From assembly GCA_963700285.1 (NCBI GenBank), contig CAVOXA010000014.1:352001-416000 (forward strand): a stretch of DNA of 64,000 bases. The letters run 5' to 3'. Below are positions 58,956-64,000 of the stretch, piece by piece. Position 1 is the first letter of the stretch. Each line of letters opens with the position of its first letter. This DNA is from an uncultured Chloroflexia bacterium (GTDB lineage Bacteria; Chloroflexota; Anaerolineae; JAAYZQ01). The notes under the pieces were generated by a model. The model saw nothing but the letters and a program-made list of their open reading frames with translations. It did no database searches and was not told the DNA's origin. The translations under genes and the position numbers were made by a program.

Positions 58956-60428
58956 CTATTGCACCTCCTGCAGCCAGTGCTGTTCCATGTCATCCAATTC
59001 AGCCACGACCTCCGGCGGCAGAGGCACGGGCTGGTGGTTGTTCAAGATCTGCAGGACGCGGCGGTTCGCTACAGCGTCCAGTGGCAGGCCACCATTGGCC
59101 GCCCACTGGTCATGGTTGCCCCGGTTCAAAAGCGTGGGCCGCCAATTTTCCCGAAAGTGGCGAACCGTGTGCTTTTCCCCGAAGTAGCTCCCCCCGGGAC
59201 CCACCTGCTCCATTACATCCAGAGCCAGGGTATCCGGCGAAATAGGTACGCCAGCCATGATGATACGGATCATGCCGATGAACTCGTCGGCAGCGGTGAT
59301 CAGTTCCAGACAAGCCGAGTTGGCCGCCTCCGTAAACCCGACGTCATGCACCAAGTTGGCACCGCTGAGCGCGGCCATCAGGCAAGACATGGCCGCCTCG
59401 GCTGCCGCCTGCTGGTCAAAGGCCACGGCATCGGTACAGCCGGCGGTGCTGAATACCGGTAGTTTGAGATAGTGGGCCATTTCGGTCAGGGCGGCCGACC
59501 AGAGGTGCATCTCTGGCGCGCCATAGGACACCAGCGTGGTAGACATGTCAATGATTGTTGGCACACCGCCAAAGATGACCGGCGCCCCGCGCCGCTTGAG
59601 CTGGGCCATCACCAGCCCGCTGAGCGACTCGGCCATGCAGGCCACCAGGTTCCCAGCCCCTGTGACGGGTGCCGTGCTTCCCGCGAGCGTCATGGGAGTA
59701 TAGATGACCGGGATGCCGCGCTCAACGCAGTAGAGGAGCTTTTCGACCCCCTCGCCTGTGTGGATCAGAGGCGAGAAGGGCTCAGCATAGTGCACATAGT
59801 AGGGCCTCAAGGCCAGTTCTTGCCACCCACCAGCCACCACAGCCGCCATCTCTGCCACTGCCCGCAGACTAGCAAAGTCCCCCGTACCGTGCATCAGGGG
59901 TTTGGTGCAATTCATCACCGTGTCCTTGTGGCCCGCCCGGATGGCAACCTGGCCAGGCACGTCACTGTACAGTGACGAGAAGGACACCATGTCGATGTTA
60001 GGCAGGGCGTCGCACAGAATGGCACCCAGCCGGGCGTCATCTCGAACGCAGAGCCGGCGGTTATGGTCCAGGAGTGTGTGTGGCGCATAGTAGTAGGGAT
60101 CAAAGAAATAGGTCGAGTCCACCTGACTGCAAAACGAGACCTGGCTGTCCTCCAGGTACACAGATGGCTTGCCGAGGCGGTCATAGACGGTGATCCGGCG
60201 TGGCGCGCTTGCCAGGGCATCCTCCAGCAGGTAGGAGGGGAGGCGTACCTGGCGCTTGGGTCCAACCTTGGCCCCGGCCCCATCAAGCAACGCCAGGCCC
60301 TCGTCATTGTCCACCCTTACGCCTGTGCATTCGAGCAGTTCCATGACGCGCAGAAGAAGGGTCTCTTTCTGATCCTCGGAGAGGACCGTCAGCCGCGGAG
60401 TGACCCGCGTGGTAGAACCAGCCTTCAC
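58956..60428 (-). CDS. MttB-superfamily methyltransferase 7 (non-pyrrolysine)
   Basis: EPFSPL, GSTAPVT.AG, YGAPE, AGCTDA, GANLVHDVG; probable GTG start at 60428. Confidence 0.9.
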   Translation of the reverse strand: MKAGSTTRVTPRLTVLSEDQKETLLLRVMELLECTGVRVDNDEGLALLDGAGAKVGPKRQVRLPSYLLEDALASAPRRITVYDRLGKPSVYLEDSQVSFCSQVDSTYFFDPYYYAPHTLLDHNRRLCVRDDARLGAILCDALPNIDMVSFSSLYSDVPGQVAIRAGHKDTVMNCTKPLMHGTGDFASLRAVAEMAAVVAGGWQELALRPYYVHYAEPFSPLIHTGEGVEKLLYCVERGIPVIYTPMTLAGSTAPVTGAGNLVACMAESLSGLVMAQLKRRGAPVIFGGVPTIIDMSTTLVSYGAPEMHLWSAALTEMAHYLKLPVFSTAGCTDAVAFDQQAAAEAAMSCLMAALSGANLVHDVGFTEAANSACLELITAADEFIGMIRIIMAGVPISPDTLALDVMEQVGPGGSYFGEKHTVRHFRENWRPTLLNRGNHDQWAANGGLPLDAVANRRVLQILNNHQPVPLPPEVVAELDDMEQHWLQEVQ

Positions 60429-60429
60429 G

Positions 60430-61508
60430 TTATCGATGCTCCTTGGAATCTTGGCCGGTGAGAGAAAACCCACCGGGGAATGGGTCGTCGGGGTCGAGGA
60501 CGAATTGGTGGAAACCGGTCAGATGCGCCCGGCCCGTGACCGCGGGGACAATGGCATGAAAGTCACCGACGCGTGTTTCATCGACGATCTGGCCGGTGAA
60601 GCGAGTACCAATGATGCTCTCGCTGACAAAGGACTGGCCCACGGCGAGATCGCCCCTGGCATGGAGTAGGGCCATCCTGGCGCAGGTACCGGTACCACAG
60701 GGGGAGCGGTCTATGGTACACTCCCCAAAAGTGGCTACGTTGCGCGCGTACAGGCTGCCATCGGGCTGTGGTTGGGCCGGCTCGTGGAACTCTACCGCAT
60801 CCACGGCAGTGGTAAAGGGTTGCTCGGGATGCTGAACCTGAAGCTGGGCGTTGGCAGCCCAGCGCAGCCCCATGCCGAGCCGGGCCAGGGCCTCAGCGTT
60901 CCCGGGCACAAGGCTGAGATCAAAAAGCTGTGCATCAACAAGGGCAAAAAAGCCGCCGCTGTACACAATGTCCGCTTGGAGAGGACCCAGTTCTGGAAGA
61001 GACAGGCGGGCGCCGGGTTTGTAGACAAAGACCGGCGCGTTCTGGAAAGTGACATCCAGCACCTGGCCGTCCTGAATGCGACTCCTGGTTCGAACCAGGC
61101 CCACAGGCGTATCAAAGACGACATTTGCTCGCCGCTGCCGGATAGTTGCCTGCCCATTGGCGGAGCTAGCCCCCCACCCGACACCATGCCGGTCTCGATG
61201 AGTGCCGTCGCTGCCCCAATGACGGCATGTCCACACATGGTGGTATACTGCAGCGTATTCATAAAGACCAGCCAAAGTCCGCGGCAGGATCACAGGGCGC
61301 GGTCAGATAGGGCGCCATACATGTCTTGACGGCCTCGCGGTTCGAGCATGAGCAGACCACGAAGGCCGTCCAGTTCCTGACGCGCATGGACCAGCTTTTC
61401 CTCCATGGTGTTGCCCGGAATGGGTGCCAGCCCACCTACCACCAGGCGGGTCGGCTCGCCAGCCGTATGTGAATCTATGGTCGAGACGATGCGCGAAAAC
61501 CGGGCCAT
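60430..61508 (-). pseudogene. Proline racemase family (Cys/Cys), frameshifted
   Basis: IDSHTAGEPTR, EPRG..DMYGA, MCGH and DRSPCGTGT occur across three frames. Confidence 0.8.
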
Positions 61509-61770
61509 GTGCCTCTCTCCAATGTAGGAGATGCTGCCGGCCCGGGCCAGTCCATCGATCGCGGGCATGCTGTCAGGAAAGATCCCGCGATCGGGCTGTC
61601 AGCCCGGGACGGTGCACCGCCCCAAAGTGTATGCGTATCCCACCCCAGCCCCCTCATTCGCTGGATGATTTCCTGTCCCCGTGGGCAGGCGATTGGTAAC
61701 GATGCAGGACAGGAAACCATCTGGCCCATGGGCTAGATGTACAACAACCTTACCGCTAGCAAGGAAGCGC

Positions 61771-62427
61771 TCAGTCAGTCTCCCGCACCTCCAGGATCTC
61801 GACATCCGGGACCCGCTCCAGCACAGCTACGATCTCGTCTTTGGAAACACCGCGGACTTTGAAGACATAGTCCCAGTGATCGGGCTGCTTGGGCGTCCGG
61901 ACGTAGCCGCTGGCATAGATCCCCCAACCCTGCCCGGCAATGGCATTCGTGACATCGGCCAGCACGCCGTAACGATCTGTCGACCGGAAGGCGACGCGGA
62001 CCCCGGATACGTGCTCCCCCAGCAATTCGGTCAGGTGAGCCAAGAGATCGGTGTCGGTGATAATGCCCACCACAATGCCTTCATCGAGGACTGGCAGCCC
62101 GCCGATCTTTTTTTCGACCATAGTCTTGGCTGCATCTTCCAGCGTAGCGTCTGAACAGGTGGACACTACATCTTTGGCCTTGATCATCACGTCCTGGACA
62201 GTTAGTTCCGTCAGAGTGCGGGCGATCTCCCACAGGTCCAGGCTGCCCAGCCTACCCGGATCCACGAGCAGCGTCTGTCGAGTAACCAAGCCAAGCAAGC
62301 GCTTGCCATCACCGACAATGGGCAGGTGGCGGATGTCGTTCTCGCCCATGAATCGCTGGGCGTCGACGATGCACATCGTCGGCTGAACCATGAGCGGATG
62401 TCGTGTCATATAGTCTTTAACCAGCAT
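61771..62427 (-). CDS. CBS-pair plus ACT domain protein (AcuB-like)
   Basis: MLVKDYMT, IRHLPIV, IGGLPV, GIITDTD, C-terminal ACT-like D..GVLA.V. Confidence 0.85.
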   Translation of the reverse strand: MLVKDYMTRHPLMVQPTMCIVDAQRFMGENDIRHLPIVGDGKRLLGLVTRQTLLVDPGRLGSLDLWEIARTLTELTVQDVMIKAKDVVSTCSDATLEDAAKTMVEKKIGGLPVLDEGIVVGIITDTDLLAHLTELLGEHVSGVRVAFRSTDRYGVLADVTNAIAGQGWGIYASGYVRTPKQPDHWDYVFKVRGVSKDEIVAVLERVPDVEILEVRETD

Positions 62428-62506
62428 TCGGTGCCTCCTACGGCATACCAGGATCAGGATGGCCTCATGCCAGACCCGTGGCCATCCATCCTATACCAAA
62501 CTTTGG

Positions 62507-64000
62507 CTAATCGGCAGTCGTCAGGACAGGATCCATCTCACGCAATCGCTCCAGCGGGATATGGCAGAAAATGCGGTGCCCGTCGCCGTCATCCTGCCAC
62601 GGCGGCACCTCTTCTTCACAGATCTTGCCGCCATCGGGCAGCAGCTCCGCCCGGCGCGGGCAGCGGGTGTGGAATCGACAGCCGCTGGGTGGATTGAGGG
62701 CGCTGGGCACGTTGCCGCTGAGGCGGATGTGCTTCTGGCTCCACACTGGGGTCAGGGATCGGCACGGCCGAGAGCAAAGCTTCGGTGTAGGGATGGTAGG
62801 GCGGAGCATAGATGGCCTCCGCAGGCCCGATCTCGGAAATCTGGCCCAGGTACATCACGGCGATGTGATCGCAGAAGAAGCGCACTACACTCAGGTCGTG
62901 GGCGATAAAGATCATCGTCGTGCCCATCTCCTGCTGGATCTCCATCAGCAGATTGAGCACCGCCGCCTGTACCGATACGTCCAGAGCCGAGACCGGCTCA
63001 TCGCACAGAACCAGCTCCGGGCGACCGGCAATGGCCCGGGCAATGCCCACCCGCTGCTTCTCACCACCGCTGAGCTGGCGCGGCAACCGGTCGTAGTAGC
63101 GTTCGCCCAGCTTCATCATGCCGCAGCAGGCGGATCACCTCGTCCCGGACCTGGTTCTTGGGCACGGTCTTGAAGCGCTGCAGCGGGCGCGACGATCTGC
63201 TGGCCGACGGTGAAGGAGGGATTCAGCGTGGAGTCAGGGTTCTGGAACACCATCTGCAGTTCCTGGATGATGGACAGATCCCGCTGTGATCACCTTGTCG
63301 GAGATATCGACGCCCATGAACTCCAACTCGCCGCCGGTGGGCGCTTCCATGCCGATGATGGTCTTGACCAGCGTGCTCTTGCCACAGCCCGACTCGCCGA
63401 CGATGCCCAGGGTCTCTCCCTTTTTCACCGTCAAGCTGACGTCGTCCACCGCTTTGACGTAGTGCTTTTCCCCGCCGATGAGCTTCTTGGAGGGAACCTT
63501 GATAAAAGGTCTTGGCGTTGTCAAGCTGCAGGATCGTCTCGGGCGCTGCTTCCGTAGCCGGCTGCGCTGCCAGTCCGGCCACAACGTCTTCCGGCGGCGT
63601 CCAACCCTGCGGCGGCAATCTCCTCGGCAAAGTGACAGCGGGCCCAGTGCCTCACGTCGATCTGGCGCAGTTCTGGCCTGTCGCAGGCGGCATTCTTCGC
63701 GGGCATAGTCACAGCGCGGCTCAAAGATGCAGCCCGGCGGCAGGTTGGCTGGCGAGGGCACCCGTCCGCGGATGGGATACGAGGTAGCTGCTGCGCTTGT
63801 CCATGCCCAGGCGGGGCACACAGCGCATCAGGCCCTGGGTGTAGGGGTGGTAGGGGCTCAGATAGACGTCCGCTACCGAGGCCCGCTCGACGATCTCGCC
63901 AGCGTACATCACGCCCACCTTGGTCGACACCCGGGCGACGACGCCCAGGTTGTGGCTGATGTACATGATGGCGGTGTCAAAGTCGCGCTGCAGGTCGGCG
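62507..64000 (-). pseudogene. Fused dipeptide/oligopeptide ABC ATPase (DppD/F-like), partial at the window edge, multiple frameshifts
   Basis: [42 protein letters not shown], split over several frames. Confidence 0.8.

Overview
GC-rich bacterial window. Gene content and style suggest Chloroflexota/Anaerolineae (inference from a C-terminal YLPL sorting motif, a serpin, STAND-WD40 and expanded MttB genes). The left half (1-35 kb) is mixed: two paralogous MFS transporters around a tandem DJ-1/PfpI gene, a patch of gene fragments, secreted proteins (one PEP-CTERM-like, one YLPL-type), a multidomain Ser/Thr kinase, a beta-lactamase-fold lipoprotein lacking its catalytic residues, a serpin lipoprotein, fabF, a cyclase-STAND-WD40 protein, a four-subunit 2-oxoacid:ferredoxin oxidoreductase operon and an M1 peptidase. 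The right half (34.4-64 kb, all minus strand) is the main candidate for an undescribed system. It holds seven non-pyrrolysine MttB-superfamily methyltransferases interleaved with two Asp/Glu-racemase-family paralogues, a membrane-anchored reductive-dehalogenase/QueG-like B12/Fe-S protein, a methylaspartate ammonia-lyase homologue with a remodelled active site (natural Q73A equivalent), a BKACE, a class III aminotransferase, PrpD, a proline racemase, an ornithine cyclodeaminase family protein, PLP C-S lyases, an ATP-grasp protein and a peptide-type ABC ATPase. No cognate corrinoid protein is visible in the window. Several REP/MITE-like palindromes occur in intergenic gaps, and four genes beyond 50 kb are frameshifted. 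No rRNA, tRNA, CRISPR array or transposase was recognised. All assignments come from motif recognition by eye; no searches were run.
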